In this document: positions 27,385-38,105 of the stretch, piece by piece | Position numbering within the stretch: position 1 is the stretch's first letter | How the letters are laid out: every line of letters starts with the position of its first letter | Assembly: GCA_963743305.1 (NCBI GenBank) | Contig: CAVUPH010000030.1 | Coordinates: 62,617 to 126,616, forward strand | From: an uncultured delta proteobacterium | GTDB lineage: Bacteria > Desulfobacterota > RBG-13-43-22 | Reading direction: 5' to 3' | DNA: 64,000 nt | Made by a program: the position numbers and the translations under genes | Notes under the pieces: model-generated | Database searches by the model: none | Seen by the model: the letters and a program-made list of their open reading frames with translations, nothing else | What the model was told of the DNA's origin: nothing

Positions 27385-29967
27385 ATGTCAGACAACAACT
27401 TTGGACACGGCGGCTATATCAATCGGTTAGCCCGACAAGCCGGGCTCAGGCCCGACCAGGTGCTTGATTTTTCAGCGAATATCAATCCCCTGGGACCGCC
27501 GGAATGGTTCCGCTCGCTGATTAGTTCCCAATTAAGCTCCCTGGTCCATTATCCGGACCCGGAATGCTCCCCCCTGGTCGAAGCCATCGCCGAGCATTAC
27601 CGGACTGACCCCCGGGAAATCGTGGTGGGAAACGGGTCCTCCGAACTGCTGTATCTGCTTCCCCGGGCCCTGCCCGTTACCAAAGCCCTGATCGCGGTTC
27701 CCGCCTATAGCGATTATGCCCGGGCCGCTCAAATCGCCGGCCTGCCTATTGTCTGGCACCATTTAAAAGAATCCGCGGGGTTCAGATTGGACCCGAGTCA
27801 ATTGGAGGACCAAATCTCCGAGGGAGAACTGGTCATCCTCGGCCAGCCCAACAACCCGACCGGCTTGACCTTCGATCCCCTGGCCTTACGGGCCTTGGCC
27901 GCCCGGCATCCCCGGACCTGTTTCCTGGTCGACGAGGCCTTTGCCGATTTCGTGGAAGGCCTGGACAGTCTGACCCGGAATCGCCCTCCCAATGTAATCG
28001 TCCTTCTCTCTTTCACCAAATTCTACGCCGTCCCGGGCTTGCGATTGGGCAGCGCCCTCCTGGCGCCGGCCTGGGCCCGAAAAATCCAGGAATTACGCCC
28101 ACCCTGGACCGTCAATACCCTGGCCCAGCAATTCGGGGCGGACGCCCTGCGGGACCAGGAATATGAAGCGGCCACCCGGGCCTATGTCCAAGAACAACGG
28201 CTTCTTTTATTCCGAGCCCTCACGGCCATCCCTTATTTGACCGTTTATCCCGGGGAGGCCAATTTTCTTTTCCTGCGTTCCGACCATCCGCAGCTAAAAG
28301 CCCCCGCATTGGCCCGCAAGCTGCTAACCGCGGGGATCGCCATTCGGGTTTGCGCCAATTACCAGGGTTTGGATGACCGCTATTTCCGGGTGGCGGTGCG
28401 AACGGAGGCCGAAAATCAGCGGCTGGCTGACGCCCTGAAAGCCGTTCTAGCCGATATCAAAGTCCCCCGGCTAAAACGCCCCAAAACACCGGCCCTTATG
28501 TTTCAGGGGACCAGTTCCAACGCCGGCAAGAGCGTGTTGACCGCGGCGCTGTGCCGGATACTCCTTCAGGACGGTTTTCGGGTAGCGCCTTTCAAGGCCC
28601 AGAATATGTCGCTCAACTCCTTTGTCACCCCTGACGGCGGGGAGATGGGCCGGGCCCAGGTGGTTCAGGCTCAGGCCAGCCGACTGGACCCGGATGTGCG
28701 CATGAATCCGGTGCTGCTCAAACCCAGCAGTGACACCGGCGCCCAGGTAATCGTCCACGGCCGGCCGGTGGGTAATATGGACGTCAATCAATACATCGCC
28801 TATAAGCCTCAGGCCCTGACCCGGGTTCAGGAGGCCTATGATTCCCTGGCCGGGGAATACGAGGTCATCGTTCTGGAAGGGGCCGGCAGTCCGGCCGAAG
28901 TCAATTTGAAACACCACGATATCGTCAACATGCGCATGGCCGAATACGCCGGCGCCCCGGTCCTGCTGGTGGGCGATATCGACCGGGGCGGGGTCTTTGC
29001 CTCCTTTATCGGCACCATGGAAGTTCTGGCCGAGTGGGAACGCCGGCTGGTGGCCGGGTTTATCGTCAATCGTTTCCGGGGCCAGGAAAAACTGCTGGAG
29101 CCGGCTTTCCAGTACACGGAGCGGCATACCGGCCGACCGGTTCTGGGGACCGTGCCTTATTTGAAAGATCATGGCCTGCCGGAAGAAGATTCAGTCAGTT
29201 TCAAGAGCGGCCAATGGGACCAGGCGCAGGGGTCGGAAGCCGGGGTGGAGATCGCCCTGATCGATCTGCCGCATATTTCCAATTTCACGGACTTTGACTC
29301 CCTGCGGGTTGAACCGGATGTGACCCTGCGCGTCGTCCGCCGCGCGCAGGACTTGAATTGTCCGGACGCGGTGATCATCCCGGGCAGCAAAAACGTTATC
29401 GGTGACCTGATCTATTTACAGGAAAGCGGCCTGGGACAGCGCTTGAACCAAATGGCCCGGGAAGGCCGAACGGAGATGGTGGGGGTTTGCGGCGGTTTTC
29501 AGATATTAGGCCGGGAGATCGCCGATCCTTACGGAATCGAATCCGAGGGCCGCTCTCTCCGGGGATTGGGGCTGCTGCCGGTGACCACGGTCCTCGAACA
29601 GGAGAAAACGCTGGTTCGGGTCCAGGCCAAACACCTGCCCTCCGGGCATGATCTGTACGGCTATGAAATCCATCACGGCCGTACCGACGGCCAGGGACTG
29701 CAGCCCGTCGTCCGCCGGGAAGACGGCGAAGTGATCGGGATCGGTCTGGATCAGGAACGGATCTGGGGGACCTATCTCCACGGGCTATTCGATGCCGACG
29801 CCTTCCGCCGCTGGTTTATCGACCGGCTGCGGGCGCGCCGGGGCCTTCCGGTGGACGGGCGGATACGGGCCGTTTACAACCTGGAATCGGCCCTGGACCG
29901 GCTGGCGGAGACGGTCCGCCGGAGCCTGCGGATGGATTTTATCTACGGCTTGATGGGACTCAAGTAA
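27385..29967 (+). CDS. cobQ: Fused threonine-phosphate decarboxylase CobD and cobyric acid synthase CobQ
   Basis: [23 protein letters not shown]; then [39 protein letters not shown]. Confidence 0.95.
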   Translation: MSDNNFGHGGYINRLARQAGLRPDQVLDFSANINPLGPPEWFRSLISSQLSSLVHYPDPECSPLVEAIAEHYRTDPREIVVGNGSSELLYLLPRALPVTKALIAVPAYSDYARAAQIAGLPIVWHHLKESAGFRLDPSQLEDQISEGELVILGQPNNPTGLTFDPLALRALAARHPRTCFLVDEAFADFVEGLDSLTRNRPPNVIVLLSFTKFYAVPGLRLGSALLAPAWARKIQELRPPWTVNTLAQQFGADALRDQEYEAATRAYVQEQRLLLFRALTAIPYLTVYPGEANFLFLRSDHPQLKAPALARKLLTAGIAIRVCANYQGLDDRYFRVAVRTEAENQRLADALKAVLADIKVPRLKRPKTPALMFQGTSSNAGKSVLTAALCRILLQDGFRVAPFKAQNMSLNSFVTPDGGEMGRAQVVQAQASRLDPDVRMNPVLLKPSSDTGAQVIVHGRPVGNMDVNQYIAYKPQALTRVQEAYDSLAGEYEVIVLEGAGSPAEVNLKHHDIVNMRMAEYAGAPVLLVGDIDRGGVFASFIGTMEVLAEWERRLVAGFIVNRFRGQEKLLEPAFQYTERHTGRPVLGTVPYLKDHGLPEEDSVSFKSGQWDQAQGSEAGVEIALIDLPHISNFTDFDSLRVEPDVTLRVVRRAQDLNCPDAVIIPGSKNVIGDLIYLQESGLGQRLNQMAREGRTEMVGVCGGFQILGREIADPYGIESEGRSLRGLGLLPVTTVLEQEKTLVRVQAKHLPSGHDLYGYEIHHGRTDGQGLQPVVRREDGEVIGIGLDQERIWGTYLHGLFDADAFRRWFIDRLRARRGLPVDGRIRAVYNLESALDRLAETVRRSLRMDFIYGLMGLK

Positions 29968-30076
29968 AGACGCGGAGCGCAAAGCGCAGAGCGCAAAGCG
30001 CAACTAAACCAGAAATTCTAAACAAGCACGAATTTTAAATATTCTTTACGCTCTGCGCTTCGCGCTCCGCGTCTTT
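29966..30076. repeat. Intergenic hairpin built of AGCGC-containing heptamers around an AT-rich loop
   Basis: 28-bp arms, 27/28 complementary. Confidence 0.85.
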
Positions 30077-30097
30077 TATGCCGAGGGTTTAACAACG

Positions 30098-30625
30098 ATG
30101 GCTGATCCGGGTCGAATGCTGATCTTCACCGGGGACGGCAAGGGTAAGACTACCGCCGCCCTGGGAATGGCCTTGCGCGCCGTGGGCCACGGGCAGCGGG
30201 TTTTGATCCTGCAGTTTATCAAGGCCAATACGTATAGCGGCGAATTGACGGCCCTGAATAATCTTCCCGGGATAGAACTCCTTCAAATGGGCCGGGGTTT
30301 TCTGGTCCCGCCGGAAGACCCCCGGTTTGGCGAACACCGCCGGGCCGCGGAAAAGGCGCTGAAAAAAGCGGTGGAAATTTTGGAAGCCGGGAGGCATCGG
30401 TTGATCATTTTGGATGAGGTCTGCACGGCGGTTAAAAAAAACCTGCTGACGGAAGAAGAGGTGATGGCGGCGGTCTCCCGGAGAAAGGGAAACGCGGTTT
30501 TGGTTCTCACCGGGCGGGGGGCCGGCCCCGGCTTAACGGCCCTGGCCGACACCGTGACCGAAATGCGCAGTCTCAAGCATGGACTTACCGCCGGCTGGAA
30601 GGCCCAGGAAGGGGTTGAATTTTGA
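30098..30625 (+). CDS. cobO: Cob(I)yrinic acid a,c-diamide adenosyltransferase
   Basis: TGDGKGKTTAALG, QFIK, ILDE, LTGR, ADTVTEM. Confidence 0.95.
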   Translation: MADPGRMLIFTGDGKGKTTAALGMALRAVGHGQRVLILQFIKANTYSGELTALNNLPGIELLQMGRGFLVPPEDPRFGEHRRAAEKALKKAVEILEAGRHRLIILDEVCTAVKKNLLTEEEVMAAVSRRKGNAVLVLTGRGAGPGLTALADTVTEMRSLKHGLTAGWKAQEGVEF

Positions 30626-32013
30626 TCGGCTCCATCCCCCGGATCGTTGTGGCCGGCACCCAGAGCGGGGTAGGGAAAACCTCCCTGACCCTGGCCCTGG
30701 TGGCGGCCTTCAGCAAGAAGGGCTTGCGGGTTCAAACCTTCAAGGTCGGCCCCGATTTTCTGGACCCCTCTTATTTGACCATCGCCTCGGGAAGACCCTG
30801 TTATAACCTGGACGGCTGGATGACCGATCAAAATTATCTCCTCCGGCTTTTTGAGCGGGCCACCCGCGACGCCGATCTGGCCGTAGTGGAAGGAGTCATG
30901 GGCCTCTTTGACGGGGCCGACCCGGCCACCTCGGAAGGGAGCACCGCCGAGATCGCCCGCTGGCTGCAAGCGCCGGTGCTGCTGGTGGTCAATGCCCACG
31001 GGATGGCCCGCAGCATCGCCGCTCTGGTCAAGGGGTACGAAGCGTTCGCTCCCGAACTCCGGATAGCCGGGGTGCTGGCCAATTATTCCGGCACCGACCG
31101 CCACCGGGAATGGATCAGCGCCTCCCTGGCCTCGGCCTCCCTGCCTCCTTTGCTGGGGGCCATTCCCCGGGGGGCCTTCCCCAATCTTCCCAGCCGCCAC
31201 CTGGGTCTGGTGACCGCCGACCGGCACAACCTGTCTGCCACCATCCTGGATGAACTGGCGGCCGTCGTGGACCGGCAGGCGCACCTGGAGCAAATCCTGG
31301 ACGCGGCCCGCCAGGCCCCGGCCCTGTCTTTCCCCGCTCCGCCGCCCGAAATCCCGCTTCCCTTCGAAGCGGTGCCCATCGGGATAGCCCGGGATCAGGC
31401 CTTTCACTTTTACTACCAGGATAATCTGGATGAATTGACCCGGCAGGGAGCCGTCCTGGTCCCCTGCTCTCCCCTGGCCGATGAACACTTGCCTTCCGGT
31501 TTAAAAGCTTTATACTTTGGAGGCGGCTATCCCGAGGAATTTGCCCCGGCCCTGTCCGCTAATCGTCCTTTCCTGGAGGATGTCCGCCGGTGGGCCGAAT
31601 CCGGCCGCCCCCTTTATGCCGAATGCGGCGGTTTGATGTATCTCACCCAGGGGATAGAGACCCGAGACCGGAAGAAATACCCCCTGACCGGGCTTCTGCC
31701 GGCCTGGACCCGGATGCTGGAACGTTTAAAAACCTTGGGTTATGTGGAAGTCTCCCTGACCCGGGACGCCCTCTGGGGCGGGAAGGGGGCTATACTCAGG
31801 GGTCACGAATTTCATTACTCGGAACTACTGGAAGACCCGACCCGTAACGGAGAATGGGCGGCGGCCTATCACCTCCAGCGGCGGCGTTCGAAGGCCGGGG
31901 GACAGGAAGGCTTCCAGCAGCGGCAGACGCTAGCCAGTTATGTCCACCTGCACTGGGCCTCCCGCCCGGAAGCCGTTACGACCTTTATCCATCATTGCGG
32001 AGTTGCTGTATGA
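30622..32013 (+). CDS. cbiA: Cobyrinate a,c-diamide synthase
   Basis: SGVGKT, FKVGPDFLDP, EGVMGLFDG, SRHLGL, AECGG, GHEFHYS. Confidence 0.95.
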   Translation: MIGSIPRIVVAGTQSGVGKTSLTLALVAAFSKKGLRVQTFKVGPDFLDPSYLTIASGRPCYNLDGWMTDQNYLLRLFERATRDADLAVVEGVMGLFDGADPATSEGSTAEIARWLQAPVLLVVNAHGMARSIAALVKGYEAFAPELRIAGVLANYSGTDRHREWISASLASASLPPLLGAIPRGAFPNLPSRHLGLVTADRHNLSATILDELAAVVDRQAHLEQILDAARQAPALSFPAPPPEIPLPFEAVPIGIARDQAFHFYYQDNLDELTRQGAVLVPCSPLADEHLPSGLKALYFGGGYPEEFAPALSANRPFLEDVRRWAESGRPLYAECGGLMYLTQGIETRDRKKYPLTGLLPAWTRMLERLKTLGYVEVSLTRDALWGGKGAILRGHEFHYSELLEDPTRNGEWAAAYHLQRRRSKAGGQEGFQQRQTLASYVHLHWASRPEAVTTFIHHCGVAV

Positions 32014-32729
32014 CTTTAATCCAACCCAGCGATAATTCCAAAGCCAAGGATCAACGCATCCCGGTGATCCGAGATTTTTTGGCCGCCCCCTTCAACGGGG
32101 AAGAAATCGAGTCCCGATCTTTTGCCGTGATCGACCGGGAAGCCCCTGAACATCCCTTCAGCCCCGGCGAATGGGAAGTGGTGCGGCGCATGATCCACAC
32201 CGTCGGCGATTTTTCCATCATTCCCGACATCCGTTTTTCTCCGGGAGCCCTGGAGGCGGCCGTTTCGGCCCTGCGGGAGGGTCGCCTGATTTACTGCGAT
32301 TCCAATATGATCCGTTCCGGTCTGTCTCTGGCTCGGCTGCGCCGGATCAATCCCGACTATGGACCGGGGAAAATTGTCTGCTATGTGGCGGATGAAGGGG
32401 TGGCCCGCGATTCCAAAGAATTGGGATTACCCCGTTCCTTGTTGGGCCTTCGAAAGGCCCGGCCCCTGTTGGAAGGGGCCATTGCGGTATTCGGCAATGC
32501 CCCCATCGCTCTGTTGGAATTGAATCGGATGGTGGTGGAGGAAGGCCTGAAACCGGCCCTGGTCATCGGAATGCCGGTGGGTTTTGTTCACGTGGAGGAG
32601 AGCAAACAGGAACTGCTGACGCTTCCGGTACCCTTCATTGCCTTGGTCGGGAGGCGCGGTGGAAGCCCGCTGGCGGTCAGCGTCGTGCATGCCCTCTGCA
32701 CCCTGGCGCAGAATCAGAGAATCGAGTAA
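32010..32729 (+). CDS. cbiC: Precorrin-8X methylmutase
   Basis: IESRSF, RMIHT, GNAPIAL, GMPVGFV, RGGSPLA. Confidence 0.93.
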   Translation: MTLIQPSDNSKAKDQRIPVIRDFLAAPFNGEEIESRSFAVIDREAPEHPFSPGEWEVVRRMIHTVGDFSIIPDIRFSPGALEAAVSALREGRLIYCDSNMIRSGLSLARLRRINPDYGPGKIVCYVADEGVARDSKELGLPRSLLGLRKARPLLEGAIAVFGNAPIALLELNRMVVEEGLKPALVIGMPVGFVHVEESKQELLTLPVPFIALVGRRGGSPLAVSVVHALCTLAQNQRIE

Positions 32730-32740
32730 AGAGGACGCAA

Positions 32741-32793
32741 CTTTTCGTTAACAATTAATAATTACAATTGATTATTAATTATTAATGAAAAAG
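32741..32793. repeat. AT-rich intergenic palindrome
   Basis: cttttcgttaacaattaataatt...gattattaattattaatgaaaaag. Confidence 0.55.
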
Positions 32794-32818
32794 CTGAAGT
32801 AAACAAGAGAGGATAGTC

Positions 32819-33337
32819 ATGGCAGAACAAGCCAACAAACCCACCGGATTGGAAGCCATTATATTGCTGGGTCACGGCAGCCGGGTCCCGGACGCCGGCC
32901 AGGCCATGACCCGAGTGGCCAAACGTTTGAAAGAAAAATTCGGTTACCCGCTGGTGGAGGTTTGTTTTATGTCCCGCCTGGGTCCCCATTTCCCGGAAAC
33001 TTTTGAGCAATGCGTGCGCCAGGGGGCCTCGCGAGTGGTAGTGATCCCCTACTTTCTGCACACCGGCCTGCATATCCTCCTGGACATTCCGGAAATGATG
33101 CAGGAAGAGGCTAAAAAGCATCCACAGGTGCAGTTGATCTTCGGTCGAAGTCTGGGGTTCGACGAATCCCTGGTGGATCTGGTCAACCACTGCATCCAGG
33201 CCTCCACGGATTGTTCCGATGTGAGAGAGATCGTCCTCCCCCCCAAGGAGAAATACCCCATTCCTCCGGGCCAGGCGGTCTTTGTGCCCATGGACCCCGA
33301 GGAGGCAGCGGTTTATCGCAAAAACGGTGACGGCTGA
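32819..33337 (+). CDS. cbiX: Sirohydrochlorin cobaltochelatase (short CbiX type)
   Basis: LLGHGSR, IPYFLHTGLH...DIP. Confidence 0.88.
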   Translation: MAEQANKPTGLEAIILLGHGSRVPDAGQAMTRVAKRLKEKFGYPLVEVCFMSRLGPHFPETFEQCVRQGASRVVVIPYFLHTGLHILLDIPEMMQEEAKKHPQVQLIFGRSLGFDESLVDLVNHCIQASTDCSDVREIVLPPKEKYPIPPGQAVFVPMDPEEAAVYRKNGDG

Positions 33338-34095
33338 TGAAAAAACAAAAACTATTCAGTTGCCTTTTAGGCGTGTTGCTTTTCAATGTAACGGTTCATT
33401 TATCCAACGCTTGGGCCATGCACATTTCCGAAGGAATTCTGCCTTTTTCCTGGGCCGTCTTCTGGTTTCTGGTTGCTATTCCCTTTGTCGGCTACGGCCT
33501 TTACCGACTGAAAAAAATTTCCCGGACAGACTTGTCCTTCAAGCCCCTGGTAGGGCTATTGGCCGCCTTTGTTTTTATCATTTCCTGTATGCCGGTGCCC
33601 GTACCCACGGCCGGGACCTGTTCCCATCCCTGTGGGACCGGGTTGTCGGCGATTCTGGTGGGCCCCGGCATCAGTATCCTGATTGCCGCCGTGGCCCTCC
33701 TGATTCAGGCCCTGTTTCTGGCCCATGGCGGATTAAGCACGCTGGGGGCGAATATATTGGCCATGGGAGTGCTGGGGTCTCTGGTCGGCTTTTTTACTTT
33801 CCGCATCTTACGGACATTCAGGGCCAGCCTGGCAGTGGCCGGTTTCTTGGCCGGATTACTGGCCGATTGGGCCACCTACGCCATGACCTCCTTTATCCTT
33901 ACCCTGGGAATTCGAGGGGAGGCCTCTTTCTCCTCCATCTTCACTAAAATCTTGATCGCCTTTATTCCCACCCAGTTGCCCCTCGGTCTCCTGGAAGGGG
34001 CGATGACGGCCGGCATGGTCATTCTACTCTCCAAAAAACGCCCCGACCTGTTAATCAAAATGAGGGTCTTGAAATCATCGGAGGCGCTGGTATGA
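33337..34095 (+). CDS. cbiM: Cobalt ECF transporter S component
   Basis: Signal then MHISEG; SHPCG; LAHGG. Confidence 0.95.
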   Translation: MKKQKLFSCLLGVLLFNVTVHLSNAWAMHISEGILPFSWAVFWFLVAIPFVGYGLYRLKKISRTDLSFKPLVGLLAAFVFIISCMPVPVPTAGTCSHPCGTGLSAILVGPGISILIAAVALLIQALFLAHGGLSTLGANILAMGVLGSLVGFFTFRILRTFRASLAVAGFLAGLLADWATYAMTSFILTLGIRGEASFSSIFTKILIAFIPTQLPLGLLEGAMTAGMVILLSKKRPDLLIKMRVLKSSEALV

Positions 34096-34421
34096 AAACT
34101 TCCGCCAAGAGAACGATGGTCTGCCTGGTATTCTTTTTTCTTAGCCTCTACTCCTTCTATGCCTTGGCTGTGGAAAAAAGCGGGAAATGGCCCGGCATCG
34201 ATGAGTCGGTGGTTGAAAAAATTGCCAAGGAGCAGGGGCGTGAGGCCCGGGAACCGATCATCAATACCGATCAAGGTGACCTGCTGCTGTTTGTCTTCCT
34301 TCTGGCCGGGGCCGTGGGCGGATTTGTGGCCGGCTATTACTGGAGAAGGCTGATCACTGAAAAAGCGCCTCTCACCAACCGGGCCGAGGGCCCTAAAGGA
34401 TCCCGGGGGACACTTCATTAA
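34092..34421 (+). CDS. cbiN: Cobalt transport accessory protein (CbiN-like)
   Basis: WPGIDESVVEK...GDLLLFVFLLAGAVGGFVAGYYW; sits between cbiM and cbiQ. Confidence 0.75.
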   Translation: MKTSAKRTMVCLVFFFLSLYSFYALAVEKSGKWPGIDESVVEKIAKEQGREAREPIINTDQGDLLLFVFLLAGAVGGFVAGYYWRRLITEKAPLTNRAEGPKGSRGTLH

Positions 34422-35180
34422 ATGGAACTCTTCCCCGATTCCTTTCATCCGGATCACTGGCTTTCAAAAATCGACGCCCGGGTTAAACTTCCGGCCGCGG
34501 TCTTGGTTTTGATCATGATTTTAACCCAGCAGGGCTTTGCCTTCCCCTGGATAGTTACCACCGCCGCCCTACTCCTCCTGAACCGGATGAAGATACCCCT
34601 TAAGGTTTACCTTCTGAGAATCGGCGAGCCGCTGCTCATAATTCTCATGTTGATTTTTTTAAAAACCTTCTTCACCGGTCGGGAAGTCTTTTATTCCCTG
34701 GACCTCTGGGGCTGGACCTTGACGGCTCATCAGGACGGCCTATTGGAAGGACTCCGGATCGGCAGCCGGATCATCGGAGCCGTCTCCCTGGTGGTGCTGC
34801 TCAGTTTTTGTACTTCTTTCACCGATTTCATAGCCGGCCTCTCCTGGTTCAAGGTTCCCAAGGGCCTGATTGAGATTCTGCTCTTCGCCTACCGCTACAT
34901 CTTCGTCCTTTTGGAAGAAGCCCAGGTGATCTACCTGGCCCAGAAAAACCGCTTCGGTTACTCCAGCCTGGCCCGGGGACTGAATTCCTTCGGGACCCTG
35001 ACCGGATCTCTGATCCTTCGGGTCTTTGAGCACAGCCAGAATGTCTCGGTCTCCATGATCCAACGGGGTTATGACGGGCACCTGCCCTCGATGAAACATA
35101 AATCCTTCAAAACGGCTGAAGTCCTTTGTTCCTGCCTGGTGCTGCTGGCCTTTGGAATCCTATGGCAGCTAACCCGGTAA
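34422..35180 (+). CDS. cbiQ: Cobalt ECF transporter T component
   Basis: DARVKL, YRYIFVL, AQKNR, MIQRGYDG. Confidence 0.92.
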   Translation: MELFPDSFHPDHWLSKIDARVKLPAAVLVLIMILTQQGFAFPWIVTTAALLLLNRMKIPLKVYLLRIGEPLLIILMLIFLKTFFTGREVFYSLDLWGWTLTAHQDGLLEGLRIGSRIIGAVSLVVLLSFCTSFTDFIAGLSWFKVPKGLIEILLFAYRYIFVLLEEAQVIYLAQKNRFGYSSLARGLNSFGTLTGSLILRVFEHSQNVSVSMIQRGYDGHLPSMKHKSFKTAEVLCSCLVLLAFGILWQLTR

Positions 35181-36103
35181 GGCTCCAGGCCCGGGAGGTC
35201 TTCTACCATTACCCGGACGGCACGGCGGCCCTGGGGCAGATCAACCTCTCTATCCACGACGGGGAATTTATCGGCCTGTTGGGGGCCAATGGGTCCGGTA
35301 AAACCACGCTGCTTAAGGTCCTGGACGGCCTGATCCGGGATTTCAAGGGCACCGTCACCCTGGACGGGTCGAATATTAAAACACTGACGGCCAAAGAAAT
35401 CTACGGCCGGATGGGCATGGTCTTCCAAAACCCGGACGATCAGCTTTTCGCCTCCTCGGTTTTTGAAGACGTGGCCTTCGGACCGATCAACATGGGCTTT
35501 CCGGACCGGGAGGTGCGGGAACGGGTCGCCCGGGCCATGGCCGACGTGGAAATGGAAGGATTCGCCAAAAAATCGATCCACCACCTCAGTTTCGGACAGA
35601 AGAAAAGGATCTGCATCGCCGGCCTGCTGGCCATGGGACATCAGATTCTGCTGTTGGATGAACCGACCGCCGGGCTGGACCCCATGGGTGAATACAAGAT
35701 GATGAACCTGCTGACCAAGCTGAACCAGGAATCTCGGGTCACTATCGTCATGGCCACCCACAGCGTGGATCTGGTACCTATTTTCTTGGACCGGCTGTAT
35801 ATCCTGGTGCAGGGCCGGATTGTCCGCAGCGGTACTCCGGAAGAAGTCCTGACGGCGCCGGAAGAGATGACCCAGGTGAAACTCCGACTGCCTCAAATCG
35901 CGGAATTGATTTATCGTCTGAAACACGAAGATCGGCTGCCCTTTAAAAAAATTCCCTTGACCATCGGCGAGGCCCGCCGGGAGCTGCTGCGGCTGTTGGA
36001 AGACAAGGAGAAAGTGACCAACCCAAAAAGGTGGGTTAGTAGAAATGCTTTCGCTGGAATTCGAAAAATGCGTCATGGCGAGCGGAGCGAAGCAATCCCC
36101 TAG
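35162..36103 (+). CDS. cbiO: Cobalt ECF transporter ATPase; C-terminus runs into a repeat element
   Basis: GANGSGKTT, FQNPDDQLF, LSFGQKKR, LDEPTAGLDP. Confidence 0.93.
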   Translation: MAANPVRLQAREVFYHYPDGTAALGQINLSIHDGEFIGLLGANGSGKTTLLKVLDGLIRDFKGTVTLDGSNIKTLTAKEIYGRMGMVFQNPDDQLFASSVFEDVAFGPINMGFPDREVRERVARAMADVEMEGFAKKSIHHLSFGQKKRICIAGLLAMGHQILLLDEPTAGLDPMGEYKMMNLLTKLNQESRVTIVMATHSVDLVPIFLDRLYILVQGRIVRSGTPEEVLTAPEEMTQVKLRLPQIAELIYRLKHEDRLPFKKIPLTIGEARRELLRLLEDKEKVTNPKRWVSRNAFAGIRKMRHGERSEAIP

Positions 36104-36180
36104 ATCAGCCAGTTGGCCAGATGGGGATTGCTTCGCTCCGCTCGCCATGACAGCCTGGGGGATCTTTTTGCGTAACCATC
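36071..36180. repeat. CGTC-type REP doublet with one TIR-like end matching the 24674 element
   Basis: cgtcatggcgagcggagcgaagcaatcccc...ggggattgcttcgctccgctcgccatgac; tttttgcgtaaccatc. Confidence 0.75.
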
Positions 36181-36207
36181 TTCGCAGCAAAGGATTTTGA
36201 ACTTCTC

Positions 36208-37288
36208 GTGAGCACTCTTCGTTCAGGCTTTACCACCGGAACCTGCGCGGCCGCGGCCGCCAAGGCGGCGACGCTTCTTCTTCTGGGAGAAGTCTCGGTC
36301 GCCAACGTAGAAATCGGTCTTCCCGACGGGGAACGGGTTCGATTCCCCGTGGTCTGGAGCCGGACGGATCAGGACTATGCCCAAGCCGCCGTGCGCAAAG
36401 ACGCCGGAGACGACCCGGACATTACCCATCAGGCGGTGATCAAGGCCCGGGTGGATTGGAAGGAGGGAGCGGAAATTGAATTTCAGGCCGGGGAAGGGGT
36501 CGGGATCGTTACCAAGCCGGGATTAGCCATTCCCCCCGGGGAGGCGGCCATCAATCCGGTCCCCCGGCGGATGATCCGGGATGCGGTTCGCGAAGTCACC
36601 GACCGAGCCGTCCGCGTCACCGTATCCATCCCCGACGGGAAAGCCCTGGCCGCCAAAACCTTTAACCCCAAATTGGGGGTGCAGGGCGGTTTATCCATCC
36701 TGGGGACGACCGGGAGGGTCCGGCCGTTCAGTTGTCCGGCCCTGCGGGAATCGCTGCGCTGCGCCCTGCAGGTGGCCCTGGCCCTGGGCCTGAAAGACCT
36801 GGTCTTTGTGCCCGGCCATATCGGGGAAAAGGCGGCGCACAGGCATTTTGCCCTTCGCCCGGAGCAGGTCATCGAGGTCAGCAACGAGTGGGGCTACATG
36901 CTGCGGCAGGCCATTCGTGAAAAGGTCCCCCGGCTGCTGGTGCTGGGGCATCCCGGGAAACTGGTCAAGCTGGCCGAAGGGATGTGGGACACCCATTCGG
37001 GCCGATCCGGAAGCGCCCTGCCTCTGGTGGAAAAAATCGCCGCCGATCATTTTTCCGGACCCCTTCCGGAAGCCAACACAGTGGAGGGCTTTCTGGCCGC
37101 CTGGCCGGAGGAGACCCGAGGCGAACTGGCCGGCACTGTTGGCCCGGCGGGTGCAACGGGCGGTGGAAAAATTTACCGGGCAACAGATCCATGTCGCCGT
37201 GGTCTTAGTCAACCTCCAAGGAGACCGCCTGGGCAGCGCGGGAGATTTAACCCCATGGGCCATGAACCTCACCCCATCGTTATCGTAG
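36208..37288 (+). CDS. cbiD: Cobalt-precorrin-5B C1-methyltransferase; frameshift near 37130 creates an apparent fusion to cbiE
   Basis: LRSGFTTGTCAAAA, KDAGDDPDIT, TFNPKLG..GGLSILGTTG; a plausible C-terminus lies in the frame ending at 37288. Confidence 0.92.
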
Positions 37289-37890
37289 GCTGCGGCCCGG
37301 GTTCTCCGGAATACCTGACGGCGGCGGCCATCCGGGCCGTTCAGGAGGCGGAAGTGCTGGTGGGCGCCCGACGGTTACTGGATCTTTTTCCCGAACACCC
37401 GGGTGAACGAATCCTGATGGAAGCTCACACCGAAAAAGTGTTGGCCGCCATCGGTCAGCAACCGGGAAAAAAAATCGCCGTGCTGGTTACCGGAGACCCC
37501 GGGTTGGCCAGCCTGGCCCAACCGATCCTGAAACGCTTCGGCCGGAGCCGTTGCCGGGTGATCCCCGGGGTCAGTTCCCTTCAGGCGGCCTTCGCTCGTT
37601 TGGGACTGGATTGGCTGGGGGTCCGGATCATTGACGCCCATGGGAAAGACCCTTCGGTTCACCTGAAAACGTTGGAGGATATAGACAAAATCGCTGTTTT
37701 GGGAGGTCGACAGGACTCCCTCGCCTGGATTCTTCAGGAGATCTCGGCTCTGGGTGATGATTTTAGGCTCTGGGCCTGCGAGGACTTGACCCTCGAGACC
37801 GAACGGATCCGGGAACTGGACCCGAGGACCTCTGCCGGGTTGGCGTTATCCTCGCGAACGATTTTTATCTTGGTGCGCAAAAGAAATTGA
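37255..37890 (+). CDS. cbiE: Precorrin-6Y C5-methyltransferase (CbiE)
   Basis: IVGCGPG, GARRLL, TGDPG, IPGVSS.Q.A. Confidence 0.88.
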   Translation: MGHEPHPIVIVGCGPGSPEYLTAAAIRAVQEAEVLVGARRLLDLFPEHPGERILMEAHTEKVLAAIGQQPGKKIAVLVTGDPGLASLAQPILKRFGRSRCRVIPGVSSLQAAFARLGLDWLGVRIIDAHGKDPSVHLKTLEDIDKIAVLGGRQDSLAWILQEISALGDDFRLWACEDLTLETERIRELDPRTSAGLALSSRTIFILVRKRN

Positions 37891-38004
37891 GTACTGAATA
37901 TAGACCCAAGAAGATACGGGACGCTGAATAAAAAGCATTGCAACGCAATTGAGGATTCATTCCCAAATATGACTTTGGTGGCATTTCGAGACGTTCCGAA
38001 TCCC

Positions 38005-38068
38005 AAATCCCCCTTTTCAAAGGGGGACTTTAACTCCCCCCTTTAATAAAGGGGGGTTGGGGGGATTT
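38005..38068. repeat. CCCCCTTT-N-AAAGGGGG palindromic doublet
   Basis: Two C5T3/A3G5-type hairpins enclosed by aaatcccc...ggggattt. Confidence 0.7.
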
Positions 38069-38105
38069 TTGAACAGTCCGGAAAAATGCTACAAGGATCG
38101 GTACT

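Noticed and set aside
36208-37890. Genuine 560-aa CbiD-CbiE fusion
   Set aside because: The linker is out-of-frame-like, a plausible CbiD C-terminus lies in another frame ending at 37288, and cbiE has its own ATG at 37255.
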